A stretch of DNA of 64,000 bases from Podarcis cretensis (lineage: Eukaryota), in the NCBI GenBank assembly GCA_951804945.1, contig OX638153.1, forward strand, positions 22,816,001-22,880,000, read 5' to 3'. Below, piece by piece: positions 12,378 to 26,121 of this stretch (its first letter is position 1; the number at the start of each line of letters is the position of its first letter). The position numbers were made by a program, and so were the translations under genes. The notes under the pieces are model-generated. The model was not told the DNA's origin. It was given only the letters and a program-made list of their open reading frames with translations, and did not search any database.

Positions 12378-12519
12378 CAGAGCTATTTTTTCTAGAAGAA
12401 GAGGTGCTGGAACTCACCATAAACACCACCCTTGTTTTCTTTTAATGGCAATGGTGCCTGCCTGAGAGGTGCTGGAAACTGAGTTCTGCTGAGTTCTGGC
12501 TGGAAAAAAAAAAGCCATG
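12378..12519. mobile_element. Small hAT-like MITE (same family as 62487-62622)
   Basis: Near-identical to 62487-62622; CAG...-type termini, internal inverted gaactc/gagttc. Confidence 0.75.
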
Positions 12520-13686
12520 TCAACAAGAATATATAAATATAACACATAAAAACAAAAACATACTGGCCAACCATTTGCAACTATTTAGCATTTCAGGGTT
12601 TATAATCAGTCATGCCTTCCACACTGACTACCTTTAATGCCTCACCAGCCCGTCCATCTCCTCATGAAGACCAATCGGTTCTTTAAAATCCAGAATAGCT
12701 CGCTTTGAATGGAAGCTGAAACTGCCTTCCATTCAAAAGCAGCACCATCACCCACCCATCATTAAATTGCTATCTGGGAAACCAGAAAGGAGCAAAATGA
12801 GCCACCACCCAGGTTTTCTAGCTTCTATTGTATTGGATGATAGAGGGGAAACTGGTTATTTGTTTCAATCCTGTTCTTTTAAAGGAGATTCTTAATATCA
12901 GCCATGTTGGTCACACACAGAAGGGGCTAAACCACCCAATTCCTCATTTGAACCTCATTTGAACTCCCTGCATGGCTTGGCATATCTGCTTTGAGCACAA
13001 TAACAAAACCTTACAGCCTTTACTAACAATTCCAAGTTTGTAAAGGCTTACCAATTGGAGCCTTTATTTCACACATTTTAATTGTCTAGAAAAGCATGCT
13101 ATGAGGATAATATCCCCCTCCCTCCTTGTTACAATACAATCAACATGATTGCACCCTGTGCTCCAGTCTTAAGTAAAATGTTGGCTTAATGTAATCTCTT
13201 AATTATATTTCTGTTGTTAATTCAACATCCATGCATTATGTGCTAAACATTCTGTTTAAAGTGAAACAATGTTGTCTTGCAGAGAACATTTGGCAATCTT
13301 AATAAAACTGCCCCCACCAGTTTAAATAGCATCAAAAAGATTTTTGTTTGTTGAATGTTCCGTAATGACTGGTGTAGTGAATTATTTCTGAAGGGTGGGT
13401 GAAGACTTCTTGCAACAACATACCTTTCAATTCTTCTCTGTAAAAGAAATAAGTGCAACCTTTTAAAAAGACTTGTCCTGGAAGGTGCAGTACTGTATTT
13501 AATTAAATCATTGTGATGTTGTGTTACTGGTTAGAGCCTGTGTCAACACTATCTTGAGGAAGAGTAGATATACTGGTACAGAATAGATCTCACAATCTAT
13601 TATGATGTCTTACATATGTTTTTTAAATACAGAATACTTGTTGGGAAGCTTTCTATTAAGTGGAGATAAGGTGTTGTGCTGTGCAG

Positions 13687-14040
13687 AAGGTAAAGGTAAG
13701 GTAAAGGACCACTGGACAGTTAAGTCCAGTCAAAGGCGATTATGGGGTTGCGGTGCTCATCTCACTTTCAGGCTGAGGGAGCTGGCGTTTGTCTACAGTT
13801 TTCCAGGCCATGTGGCTAGCAGGACTAATCCGCTTCTGGTGCAATGGGACACCGTGAAGGAAACTAGAGCGCACGGAAATGCCGTTTACCTTCCCACCAC
13901 AGCTGTACCTATTTATCTACTTGCACTAGCATGCTTTCAAACTGCTAAGTTGGCAGGAGCTGGGACAGAGCAATGGGAGCTCACCCCATCATGGGGATTC
14001 GAACTGCTGACCTTCTGATTGGCAAGCCCAAGAGGCTCAG
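13687..14040 (-). mobile_element. Sauria SINE, 5' end lost
   Basis: (AAAGGT)n tail and conserved body; followed by (ATAG)n at 14041-14091. Confidence 0.9.
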
Positions 14041-14046
14041 ATAGAG

Positions 14047-14091
<45 letters not shown>
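14041..14091. repeat. (ATAG)n microsatellite
   Basis: Direct reading. Confidence 0.95.
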
Positions 14092-16567
14092 TAACAAAGG
14101 TCTCTGGGATCGATGTTTACTAGGAATGCTAGAGTATTTTGTTCAGTTCACATTTTTTATTTAAAAAAATCCTATATTTCATTTTTTAAAATAGCAGGTA
14201 AACTGCAAATGTATATTTTAAGTGAACTGGCTTGATTCGTATTTTCTGGACTAATACACAATTTGGAATGCAGTTATCCTTCCATTTTTGCTATTTGCTG
14301 AATTTTGTGATAGTTTTTAACTTTTTAAAGAAATCAAAATGCATATAAAATATGTGTTGACAAAAATACTTATGAAAATTGCGTATTTTTGTGTAAAATG
14401 CATACAACAATGCAGACTTCATGAAAAAAAAATTCATGCAAAACAACTACAACTGTTCTTGCTTCCTTCCCTCCCCAAATAGCAGACTTCCAGATGTAAA
14501 GCTGACTTGGACCAGAAATAGGCTGATCTGTCCATCCCTAATGGGCATAAGATAAGGTCATCAGGCTTCCACTTCTACCATACTGCTTCTGGGATGGATT
14601 GAGTCTTCCCCACTTCTCATCCTTTCAGGACTTTCTGGGAAGCTGGGAATAGAAAGAAGACCCAATACTTGCTGGAAAAGGCATAATTGACACTGGACCT
14701 CCTTTCCCTCAGCATCCTAACATCATCATTGAACATGCAAATAATACTAGATGTCAATGGAAAGAGACAGGCAGCTTATTCTGAGTCCATTTGGATCTTT
14801 GGCTATTTGAGACAATTTACATGAATGGTTTGAGGAGCTGATATTTCTAGAAAACAGCATTTATCTATGGAGGAAGAACATGCTGTTTATTATGAAATCA
14901 TCAAAGAGCTACCTGATATGTTTCATGGTCAGGAGCTTTAAGGAATTTACTGAGGCCAGTGAGTGGAAAGCCCAAACTTCCAACTGCTTGGTAGTTATCG
15001 ATAACATTTTTGTAAGACTCATGACTGATAGACATATTTTTAAAAATCAGCTTGAGCATATGGCTCCGTGTGAACAAAAATATGAATTTATGTTTCAGAG
15101 AGATCATAATCCAAAACCAGACACATTTTCTATGCATTGGTTGACTTCTTATTTGTTGTTTTTGCTTGGAAAATCTCTGCACAAATCAACATCATATTTA
15201 TCTAAATATACTTGCTCAGCTATGCTTCTAAAAAGGAAGGGAAAACCTTTATGAAGGTCACTGAAAGAATTCTTTCCCCTCTTTGCCTTTGCAATATATT
15301 GAAATCCTGGGGGTATTTCTCTCAAGTAAACTGTTAATTTGACATGGTGTTGGAATACAAAATGTCAGGGCCATGAATGCCAGTAGGTGATTTCTTTTTC
15401 TTCTGCTTGTTTGTAATAGCTGCACAGTAAAAACAACAACAGAGTATTTATTTTTGAACAGTTTTCTCAACTGTGGTATAGCTGGATGTGGGATTCTGGG
15501 AGAGAGTCAACAACAGCCCCCAAAGGAATGTCCAAAAGGACAGCAATGAATTGTATTGCAGTTGTTGACAGGATAGAGTTTAAAATGGCCAGATAAGAGA
15601 AGGCTCATACTGTTTTTTTCTGGGGCTGATATGAGAAGTCCATGCATACCACTGGAAGCTAAGGATACATAAAACAAACAACTGGGCACTGATATCTCCA
15701 CTTTGCTGTCCAGCATTATCATATATTTAGGACCCTTACCTGCATGCCTATTACCATCTGCAAGTGGCTTAATTGTGCATCATTTTCCATTCAAAGCATG
15801 CTTTGATAACCTGATGGGTGTATATAAGGCAAGCCCTTTGTGTTTTTCAAATGGCTAGCTAATTTTTATACCCATTTGTGAAAACTATAGCATGTATTGC
15901 TTTAAATTAGGGCTGGATGTTTTTTGCTTTCTCCTTCCTGAATAATCTTTTGATCGACTGGAGAATAGTGTCGCATTATAATGTTATAATTGAATTTTCA
16001 CTTATTATTTTAATATTCATTTCTCATCTTCATCCCGGAATCTGAGGAAAGCAATTAGCAGAGTTAGATTAAAGAACTTGAAGGGAGGGCAAGAGGTAAA
16101 ATGTTTTGCTTGGTATTTTGTACGTGCAGACAAAGGGCCCCTCTGCCGTATCTGAAAGCAGCAGGATGAAGTGTGCTGCATTCTGCATTTCATGCAAATG
16201 GAGGCAAATTTTCCGCATACTTCGCCAGTGAGCATTCAGTGCTCCCAACTACTTTGCCACAAGAGTGCATGCTGCTCTCTGCATGGCACTTCACCTCCTC
16301 TAGTCCCTTATAAACTTGGATGATATTTACATGGACCCCCAACTTTAACCAATGCCAACCAGAATACTGAAAACAGTGCAATGAGGCTGGAGAAGCTGCT
16401 TAGGCTGCTTGCTTTCCCACCCACACAAACAGTGGGGAATTCAGGTGTACTGAGGTTGGGCAGGGTTGCAAAAACAGATCCAAGAGAGGGGCTGGTTCTT
16501 CTTTTATAAGCCACAGAAAAGCAGGACAGAGGAAGATGGAGAACCAAAGCACAATTTTGTGGAGCAC

Positions 16568-16990
16568 GGTAGAGGAGAAATTTGATTATATGTAAAGATC
16601 TACCAAATTTGCCCTACATGAAACAATATATGAACCAGCCACCCCTCAAAATAGGCACTTCTCAGAATTTCACAGTGCATTTCTCCAGCCAAGTAATGGG
16701 TGCAAAAAGTGCATGTACCAAGGTAAAGTGTGCCTGAAAATGAATACATTTATGAAAATGATATACAAAAGTGCATTACATTAGGAGAAATTGCTTGCAA
16801 GCCCTTTGTATATTAGGCTAAAGTGCCTAGAAAACTGTTTGTCAGGAGAAATGGGTAGTGAAATAATGAGTTTTTATGAGGATTTTAAGAAATAAATATT
16901 GCAAACTGATGTGGAAATGGGAAGAAATTAAGATTGAAAAATGAGGCAAAATGAGGAGGGAAATTAGAAAAAAAAAATGAGAACCCTAAG
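16568..16990 (+). repeat. Old AT-rich interspersed repeat (copies also at ~33705-33930 and ~39566-39860; reverse-oriented relatives at ~14135-14540, ~51790-52150, ~58630-58820)
   Basis: Shared blocks tagaggagaaatttgatt, ctccagccaagtaatg, aattgctt(t)gcaa, gatgtggaaatg. Confidence 0.65.
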
Positions 16991-18582
16991 ACATGACAGT
17001 AAATAATCTTCTCTCCACCTCTAGCTGGTTAACACATAAAACCATTTTGGTCTATGCTGGGTTTTCCCTCAGCTCTCATATTTATAGGCTATAACCTACT
17101 AAGGAAGCTAACTTGTGCATAACTTGTGCCCACATGAGTCACACGTTAGAGAACCTAAAACCCTTCCATGAGGATCAAAGGGATGAGTCATAAGATTGCA
17201 GGTGCAGCTCTCACAGCATGTGATTTCCCCCTGGTGTCTTGGAGATAGCCACATATCAATCACAGCTCGTGGCTTTTCTCTTTTGCATTCCTTCAGCAGT
17301 GCTAACCCTAGCAGAATTTGATAAAGTCTTTCAGGACTCCAGTCTACAACTTTACAATATTATACCTGCAGATCAGATGCTCAATCTAGGCCTGTGCCTG
17401 GGCACCAAAAAGGGATAATTGCTGAGCATCATTCCTAATCTCCTGATGATCACAACAGTCTTCTGAAAATGTCACATAACATCAAGCAATATTAAAAGTC
17501 CTACAAGCATTTTAGTAGACATGCTTTGCATCACTGCGCCTGACTCTGCAATGCTCTGTAAAATGCAAGATGGCTTATAGCTGTTCTACCAAAAGGTGCT
17601 TTCAAAACAAACACCAAAAAATGATATCCAAACAATATAATGAGTGCACTTTATGGCTGTGTATATACACACCCTAGAATAAAACACCCCCGTTTTGGAA
17701 TCATAGGCAAAATATGAGCTTTGCTTTAAATTAGATACATTAAATCCTGTAATTGTCTGCCTCCCTATGAAGGCTTACTATCATTAATGTGGTCATTTCA
17801 TCTGTGAGTAGGAAGAAAAGTGAAAGCCAGGGATTAATCCAATAACACTAGCATAATGTTCTTGCCTGCAGACAGAGCACTCCTAGCTGATGGATTCTAG
17901 AGTCCCAACTCAGTGCACAGTGGAAACAACACTAGAGTTTGTTCTGATTTGTTTTGATGTTAGACTTAAATACTATTGGCTGCATTGGACATGTCATCTT
18001 GGGGAGCCACTCCAGACATGCAACTCTGTCATACTGAAGGACACTAAGGATATGAACCTGTGCTAAAAATAGCACCAGCCAAAAATCATTTATGCTAATA
18101 GCAAACTTGTTTTCTGAATGTGGATTCTTATGCTGGCAAAATGGCACCATCTTCACTTAAGAGGGAAGTATTTAGTGGGCTTTGTGAAGAGCCACAAAGT
18201 GTTCAGATTTACAGGGGGAGGGGAACCCAACAACTATAGAAAGCTAATTGTTGTAAGAGGAAAGAAAGTAGGGAACTATTGGAAAGGGAAGATCCTAAAA
18301 CAAGGCACAGCAGGCTGGCTGGAACCCTGAACAGGAAAACCTCACACTGCAACATTTTGTTACAGGCATCACTTGGATCTGCCTATTTGAATCCACCACA
18401 CATTTAGTTTGGATTTTGCCCAGGACACGTCCAATTTTAGAAATGAATGTAGTGCCCAGATAGATCACATATCACACTGGCTAGTTGTAAAGAGATCTTA
18501 ATCAGTACTATTAAACAAGAATAATTTGTTGAACTGATGAAAGATAGCAGGAAAACACTGTAATCTTTCAGGTAAGCAGTTA

Positions 18583-19338
18583 CAGTGGTACCTCTGGTTA
18601 CGAACTTACCGTAATTCATTGTGGAGGTCCGTTCTTAACCTGAAACCATTCTTAACCTGAGGTACCACTTTAGCTAATGGGGCCTCCCACTGCCACTGCA
18701 CCGCCGGAGCACGATTTCTGTTCTCATCCTGAGGTAAAGTTCTTAACCCGAGGTACTACCTCTGGGTGAGCGGAGTCTGTAACCCGAAGTGTTGGGTTGT
18801 TGTTTTTTTAATGTTTATTTTTTTTATTTTTTACCAACAACCAAAACACAGTGAAACCCCCCAGGCGGCTGATACATTGGGTATACATAATCAATAATAA
18901 CATATTCAAATCTACCATATGTACAATTTTATATATGTTAACTCTCCTCCATCCACAAGGTTTATTTAACTTTTAACATTTAAATTGCCCCAAATTGTTC
19001 AAACCTACCCAAATAATTCAATATCTTCTCAAACCAATCCTCCTCTTTCTCACTGACCCTTAACCCTTTCATTCTGTGTATCTTCACAGTTAGATCGTCT
19101 AAATTTATAATATTATTCAGTTTTTTCTTCCATTAGTTCATCCCTAACGCTTCTGCATTTTTCCAATTACTCGCTATAGCCTGTCTGGCTGCAGTTACCA
19201 TCAATTTTACCCATTTACATTTCTCTTTTGTTTTTTAACTCGGTGCTACTCAGACTAATAAGAACCATTAATTTAGATATTCCCACCTTCCTTCGAAGTG
19301 TTTGTAACCCGAGGTGTTTGTAACCCAAGGTACCACTG
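18583..19338. mobile_element. Tc1/mariner MITE interrupted by an L1 fragment
   Basis: TIRs cagtggtacct / aggtaccactg, TA TSD; body matches 38974-39199. Confidence 0.9.
18794..19293 (-). mobile_element. 5'-truncated L1/Tx1 fragment (ORF2 C-terminus, 3'UTR, A tail)
   Basis: Minus strand translates VKLMVTAARQAIASNWK; poly(T) on +; 9-bp TSD cgaagtgtt (18785-18793, 19294-19302). Confidence 0.85.
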
Positions 19339-20894
19339 TATTTATATCTCTAACATTTCACAATATGTAAAGTTGACCATTATCTTTTCTTTTCCAAAGT
19401 TAGAAAGGGTCTTTCAACTCTAGCTGTTCAGCAAAGAGCAGACTCAAGTGAGTTGTGCTGTGTTAACTGCAGGGAGCTGAAATCAATAGTTTATTCCTCT
19501 AGTCTGCCCTGAACCTTGAAAGAAAGATTTTTGTGGGAAGCTGTTCCAGCCACCGTTGTTCCTTTGGTATTCCATTAGGGTTCTTCGGGGACTATATTAT
19601 GCAGCTCTGTTGGTGTCAGTTTTTAAAGCACTGCGAACCACCTTATATGGGAAGAAAAGGTAGTAGATTTTCCTCCCTGCATTGATTTTTCTGTCCCTTA
19701 AGGGTATGTGGAACTAGCTTCAAGCTACTTTAGGACTAATTTGCATGAATGAAAATTCATATTATTTGCACAAAGAACTCCATGAAGAACAAAGCCTGGC
19801 TGCATGGTCGAGTTAAGGTGTCATCTGAGTGCTGTCACTCTAGCCTTTCTTCAGGCAAGTGAAAAAGCACATAAAGAACTACACTGCTGGGCCAGACCAC
19901 AAGTGGCCGTTGAGATGTCCATGGAAGCTCATGAACAGGGAATGTATGCAATAGCTATCCATTGTTCTTTATTTTTTTGGCATTTTATAATCAAGTGGCA
20001 TGCCACCTATGAATACTCCTGCAATGACTACTCCCCACAATAAATGGGGGAGCACCCTTTGCATGCTCACGTGCAGCCCCCTGGACCTTATGTGGTACCA
20101 TTAGCACAGGTTAGGCTTCACCTTCCCCAGGTGGGATACCTGGAGGTCTCCGCCTACCTCAGCCAGTTGCCCAATCCCACCTGGGGAGACGTTGCCAAGG
20201 TGATCAGGCCAGGTAGGGGGAGGGACTACCTGCCCATACAATAGGGGGGTATTTTCCCAATGAAGACTGCAAAATGGTGGGAGGGGTTTATTCCCTCCCT
20301 ATAAAAATGCCTCCTTGAAACTCTTGCTCTTCCATCTAAGGGGCTTTGGCTTGGGAGATGTCCAATTAGGTGTTTTGTGGCATCATGGGCCTTAGTTATT
20401 CCTGTATCTAAAAGAAAACACATGTCTGCTCCAAAATAAAAGCCTCCAAAGCCTCCAAAATAAAAGCCTCCATATGCCTGGAGAGAAGACTTGTGAGACA
20501 TGCATTTGGAGACTAGTCCATTAGGGTCAATGGAGCATTGCTCCACCAACCCCTGACCATCCCCAACTGTCTTTCTTCTTATCTAAAACCACCTTGGGGA
20601 GTGGCCCCGGCTGTCAGCTTCCTCCTTTTCAGTCTCAGTTTTGCCCTTGGAGAATTCAGCATGGGAACAGGACCACAATACGAATTAGCTGACTCTCCCT
20701 ATCACTGGCTCTGAATCAACCTATGGTTGACCTCTCTGCCTTCCACCCTAAGATTCCCAGTGAGTATCAGCCATCACTGACATCAAACTATCAAGCAGCT
20801 TCAGCAACTATCTAGTTAACCTTGATGAGTCGTTTCTCTAGTGCCAATGGGTGTCCGTTCCTGCCCTCCCTAGAGCAGGAACATTTTCTTAGAG

Positions 20895-21132
20895 CAGGCA
20901 TTTCCAATGTCCATTTCAGGGGCCTAATCCAGCCCACTAGTCGGTTTAATCTGGCCCCTGTGGCAGTTTATTTCCCAGGCTAAAATCCTAAAATAAACCC
21001 TCAACAACTTAAATCCTAAAAGATGCTCAACAACTCCAATCCTAAAAAACTTTGGTTGGCCCTTTGGTTGGCCCCCACGGCCCTTCACTTCATCAAATCT
21101 GGCCCTCTTTGAAAAAAGTTTGGACACCACTG
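20895..21132. mobile_element. Non-autonomous hAT element
   Basis: CAG...CTG termini; 8-bp TSD tcttagag / gcttagag. Confidence 0.75.
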
Positions 21133-24100
21133 GCTTAGAGTTTCCACTGAAATTTCATCTGCAGCAAAATTCAAGCAAATGTGAAGGTCCTTAGGAGGAA
21201 TTTTTAGGAGACATCATGTTTGTAGAAGACCAGAGGCATTTTGGGATGGGGTAGAATTGCTTTCTTGAGAGGATCCCTATATCCTACTGGTGACACCCTC
21301 TTCCCCCTTTTTAATGGCTGGGATCAAACAAACATGCTCAGCTTTTGACGACTGGGGAACATTGTTTCAGTTCTGATTGTTTGCCTGTTCTTAAGACAAA
21401 GCACTTCTTTCATAGGCTTTCACAAACATACACAACTTCCCATTCACTTTTTTTTAATAGAAAAGACAACAGTATTCCTTTCTCTGTTATCATACACCAC
21501 TGTTCCTTTGAAGGAGATGGCAGATTGCCATTGAAAAGCATTGTTATTTCTGTAACGTATTTGACCCACTTTTGAAAATAAAATTTCTTTATCAGCTCTT
21601 CTGCATAGACTTTCAAAAGGAACATAGCTTGATCTTGCTTTATAGTTGAATTTCTCATTTCCTGGAGATCAGATAACATATTTTGGAAAGGAAGCAAACT
21701 ACTGGTATCTCAGCTGGTTTACCAAACCAAATAAACCATGCACAATAAATATTGTACTGTATTAGCATATTTTTTTCCTCAGACAAACACTTATGTGGAT
21801 GTCATGTATCATAACGTGGTTGAGTGTTATCTTTCAAGCACACATTGGGTGTTTGAATGCCACATATTTCTATAATTTCAAAATAAGGGTTAGTGAAATA
21901 ACCAATATGGGAACAATTGGTCAATCTATTCAGCAGCAGTTCTCCACAGTTTCAGACAGGAGTCTTTCTCAGCCCTCTCAGTGTTTCTCGGGAGTCTGGG
22001 AGATACTGAAGATGGCATCTGGGACCTTTTCCATGCCAAGCCTGTGCCCTCCTGCTGAGCTGTGACTCTTCCCTTAGCTCACAGCATAAGAGCTCATCCT
22101 TTAACAGTTCCATTGTTTGGACCTCACATGTTCATATGTCTTTAAATGAGGTTCTCCACATCTCTGGGATACAGTCCAGAAAAAGTTAGGCATGACTAAG
22201 TCCCACTGAAATCAACGGGACAAGAGTCTTGCAGCCAAATATATAGTGTCTTAATTTGAATCTAATTGTGGATCCCAGAGCACTATACTTCTCCTGCTTG
22301 TAGTCCCATCTCCTTTCTACCAGCTCTTTTCTGCCTTACCTTGACCCATGTCTCTGGGGCCTCTGGTCCTCCTTTCCAAGGCTGCTTATTGCTTATTCTT
22401 CCACCCATAGGATTTTCAGCCTGCTTCCTCTTTGACATCATAGTAAGTCAACAAGAGTCTTAAGAGTTCTAAGCCACTCTGTCATTTCAGTCAATCATTG
22501 CACATAGCCTCACCACCACTACAAATATATTTTAGAACATTACAGTGTAGGATTAAGTGGTCTGGGGTGAAAGCCATTAATTTCAGTGAAAGGTATGCCT
22601 AGCCCTTTCTAGCTATCCAACAGAGCCATTGTGTATGCTTTTGTGTATGATCAAAGTACAGCAAAAAGCAAGCCTATTTGCATGAATGATCAGTGGGCAA
22701 TATGAAATGTTTGGCAAATTATGCATCACTATGGTTATTTTCTATCAAAACACCATGGAAACTGGATTTCTGTAACTTCAAGCTATCCTGGTGAACTTTT
22801 CAGTGGGTGCAAGGGGCTTGCCTGTAGCCATTGATAGTCTGAATGACACAATGAAATTTGGTCCATCTCTTATTAACTGGATGCTCTCCAGATGCTGTTT
22901 GTCTGTTATAAAATAAACATATACTTTAAGAAGCACACATCCTGGAAACAATTCACAGGTTTGTTATCCTGAACAAGTCCCACTGAAGTGGAGATCTAGA
23001 TCAAAAGCAAATGGATCCTTTCACCCAGTAGAAATTCAAATAATGTGTTGCTCTTCATCCATTTGAAATCTTCAGGGAGGAAAGCTGCTGCTGGGGGCGA
23101 CATGGAGTGTGAAAATTGCAAGTCAGGAAAGGATTGGTGTGTTATGTGGGCCCTACAAGAGAACGTCCAGCTGGATTGTAGCCATAGCAGTGTAAAAACC
23201 AGGCTGAAAACTTATATAATGCAAGCAGATATTTGTTTCTGAAGGTTCCCGATACCACTTGGAGCTATTTCTTGTGAGATAAGCAGTGTTCTATTTTAAA
23301 TAATTCCATATAAAGCATACATGATCAGTATTCAGAGTTCTGAAGGTCTCTCTTCCAGGTGGCATTTATTTTTAGCTACTTTGGAAAGTACAGGACATTC
23401 TGAAGCATCTGAACATTGCTGAACCAACACTGCCAAACTATTGTGTGAAACACTTATGAGAAAAGCTTTTGAGGTTTGCATTGTTGCTCTCATGATGTAC
23501 CCTGCATTTCTGAGGTTGCCTAGCAATTGTAAGTTGTTTAAACGTCAAGCCAACAACAATGATAACTATGATTAAAGTACAGTCATTCAAAAGAACAGCT
23601 ACCATACCTGCAAGTATAAATTCCTACAGAATGGAGGAAAGGGAAGGAAAAGAACCTTTTGCATGAAATACATAAACAAGAAAAAAACAAAACACCAAGG
23701 GAGACGTGTATAACTGCACTGTTTCTAGACATTTCAAGTAAAGTAACCATATTGTCTTAGATAATCTTTTTCCAGGTTTTAGTTGGTGTGAAGGACCCTA
23801 AAATGGGTGATATCCTGTGAAGCAAAAGTCAGAATTCTCTTCCACAAATAACAGGGCTTTCCCTACCTCTTCTCCCCCACTGCAGTCCCACATGCCCGCA
23901 ATGCGTGTCATTTCTAAATGTATTTATTAATCATGGTGCCTTGTATTGCAATATATGTTTTTTAATATATTTTTGGAGACATGGAAAACTTCAACCTTTG
24001 GGGAATATACTTCATATACATTTGGCAACTTTTTCAAGGAAGCAGCATCTTTTGACTGTATGTGCTACGAATTCTACACATGTAGGATTTAGCGTGGAAG

Positions 24101-24325
24101 TTCCATAACAATGTTGGGGTACACTTGCTTTGATGGAGAGGTATACAAATGTTCAAATTATATGTATTGTCTATTAACAGGAATGCTTTTGGACTATATG
24201 TGCACCAAATTCTAGCATTCTAGGTCATATGGGAGTATCCTAGCAATTTTGATACATCCATGAATGAGGCTCAAATGTTTTTGTGCTTACAGCTTGTAAT
24301 AATGTATTTGGTTTCAATGGCTCCT

Positions 24326-24385
24326 TACTAATGTTTACCTTCTCTTTCTTTTGTCCTTCATTTACATGCTTTCCTTGGTGTATAG
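24326..24385 (+). promoter_or_regulatory. Branch point, polypyrimidine tract and UGC motif of the microexon 3' splice site
   Basis: TACTAAT at 24326-24332, long T/C tract, TGC at 24367-24369, TAG at 24383-24385. Confidence 0.6.
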
Positions 24386-24412
24386 CTCACCATTTAGGAA
24401 TTGAATTCATGG
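24386..24412 (+). CDS. NRG3: 27-nt internal coding microexon of a neuregulin, most likely pro-neuregulin-3 (stalk between EGF domain and TM helix), phase 1-1
   Basis: Polypyrimidine tract ...ctttccttggtgtatag|CTCACCATTTAGGAATTGAATTCATGG|gtaagc with canonical AG/GT. Translates (x)CT-CAC-CAT-TTA-GGA-ATT-GAA-TTC-ATG-G = xHHLGIEFM(E), matching recalled NRG3 'PTDHLGIEFME'. As recalled, the NRG3 exon is 27 nt while the NRG1-beta1/NRG2 equivalents are 24 nt. No EGF or TM exon found in the window, consistent with huge NRG3 introns. Confidence 0.8.
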
Positions 24413-25006
24413 GTAAGCTTTCAATTTTCTTTTAAATTTGCTGTTGGTATTTAAATTCTCAAAAAATCTATTGTGTTACACTCTGTGGAAGAATTTCAGG
24501 CACTGTGCAGGATTCCAAGCATTGCCATGACTTGTTGTGACAAGGTCTAAAGCTGCTGCGTTTAAATGAAAGTTTTGTGACTACTATCTACTATTCAGGA
24601 GTTATCGGGAATCTCAGGCTTAGATTGGGGAGAAGCTCCTTTAGATTCCTCTTCTGTCATTTTCAGCTCAAAATTTTCCTCTCTGAGTAGCCATCTCATC
24701 TCCAGAGTAGAAAGCAAAGGAAAGATGAGGGAACCCTGCATCTTTCTCCTCACAAATGAAAAAGCAGCTGTGAGAGAGCCACTTTGAGCTGAAAAAGTTT
24801 CAGGGTGATAAAAGATAAAAATTGCAACATGTATTGTGAGCTTTAGAAAATCCTTTTGAAGATAAATGAGAAGTGCCCGTATAAAACAAAGCCTTCTATT
24901 TTACAAGGAGAGACTGAAACTCAACCTTATGGGTTCATAGCCACTGGTCAGCCATATATTTTTTACAGAAGCCATGTTTTGAAGAACAGTAACAGTAGTT
25001 ACTGTT

Positions 25007-25366
25007 ACGCGGGTGGCACTGTGGGTAAAACCTCAGCGCCTAGGACTTGCCGATCGTATGGTTCGAATCCCCATGGCGGGGTGAGCTCCCGTCGTTCGGT
25101 CCCAGCTCCTGTCCACCTAGCAGTTCGAAAGCACCCCTAAGTGCAAGTAGATAAATAGGGACCGCTTTATAGCAGGAAGGTAAACGGCGTTTCCGTGTGC
25201 TGCCCTGTTGCTGGCTCGCCAGAGCAGCTTCGTCACACTGGCCACGTGACCCGGAAGTGTCTCCGGACAGCGCTGGCCCCCGGCCTCTTAAGTGAGATGG
25301 GTGCACAACTCTAGAGTCGGACACGACTGGCCCGTACGGGCAGGGGTACCTTTACCTTTACCTTTA
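25007..25366 (+). mobile_element. Sauria SINE
   Basis: Head acgcgggtggcactgtgggtaaaacc, (ACCTTT)n tail; same subfamily as 11247-11610. Confidence 0.95.
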
Positions 25367-26121
25367 AGAGTGGTTGTACAGTGGCATGTTCTGAAAAGGT
25401 GTGCCTGTCACTTCAGATGAAGGCAGCTCACACAGAAGAAGTGGAGGTGAGAAAAGAAAGCAAGTTGAAGGCTGTTGGCTCAAAGATGTTAGTTGAAGGC
25501 AACTGAGGGTTTCCTGCAATAGTCTATCTGGTGAATGAGGTAAAACATAGCAATATTGACTGTGGGGGTAAGGTGTAGGCTCAAGAGGCATATACCACTG
25601 TCTCATAAGGGTGTGGTCTATTTCAGAGTTAATCCCATATTCCTTTGAGTCTAGGGCAACTTGAAATGAGATCTGCCCACTCCTGACAGAACAGGCCCTC
25701 CCCTACCAGCCCTCCCGTTGCCAGCAAACAAATCCCATATCTCTGCAAAATGGGTAATTGGAAGTAGAGAGGCATTTGCTGACTCCTCCTCTGCAGTATT
25801 CTGTGTGGGTTGCCGTTGAAGGGGGAAAACTGTAAGAGGGGCTGAGTTGTGCAAAAGCCATTTGGACTTTTGGGTCTTCCTTTCAAATGTTGAAAGGTGG
25901 GCTGCTTGTGCTTTTTCACATCAGTACAGATGAGAAATCCAAGCCTAGAAATGGACTGGGAAAGCATACAAGTGACAGAAAAAAATGGCTTCCTTCTCTG
26001 GGGGAACAGAAGAGATGCAAATTGCAGGTGTCAGTTCTCCAATTCCAACGTGGCTTCTTGAGGACTGCCAATGTCCTCATGATGGGAAGTACATTCAGAT
26101 AGCACTGCAGGTACAAGGTAA

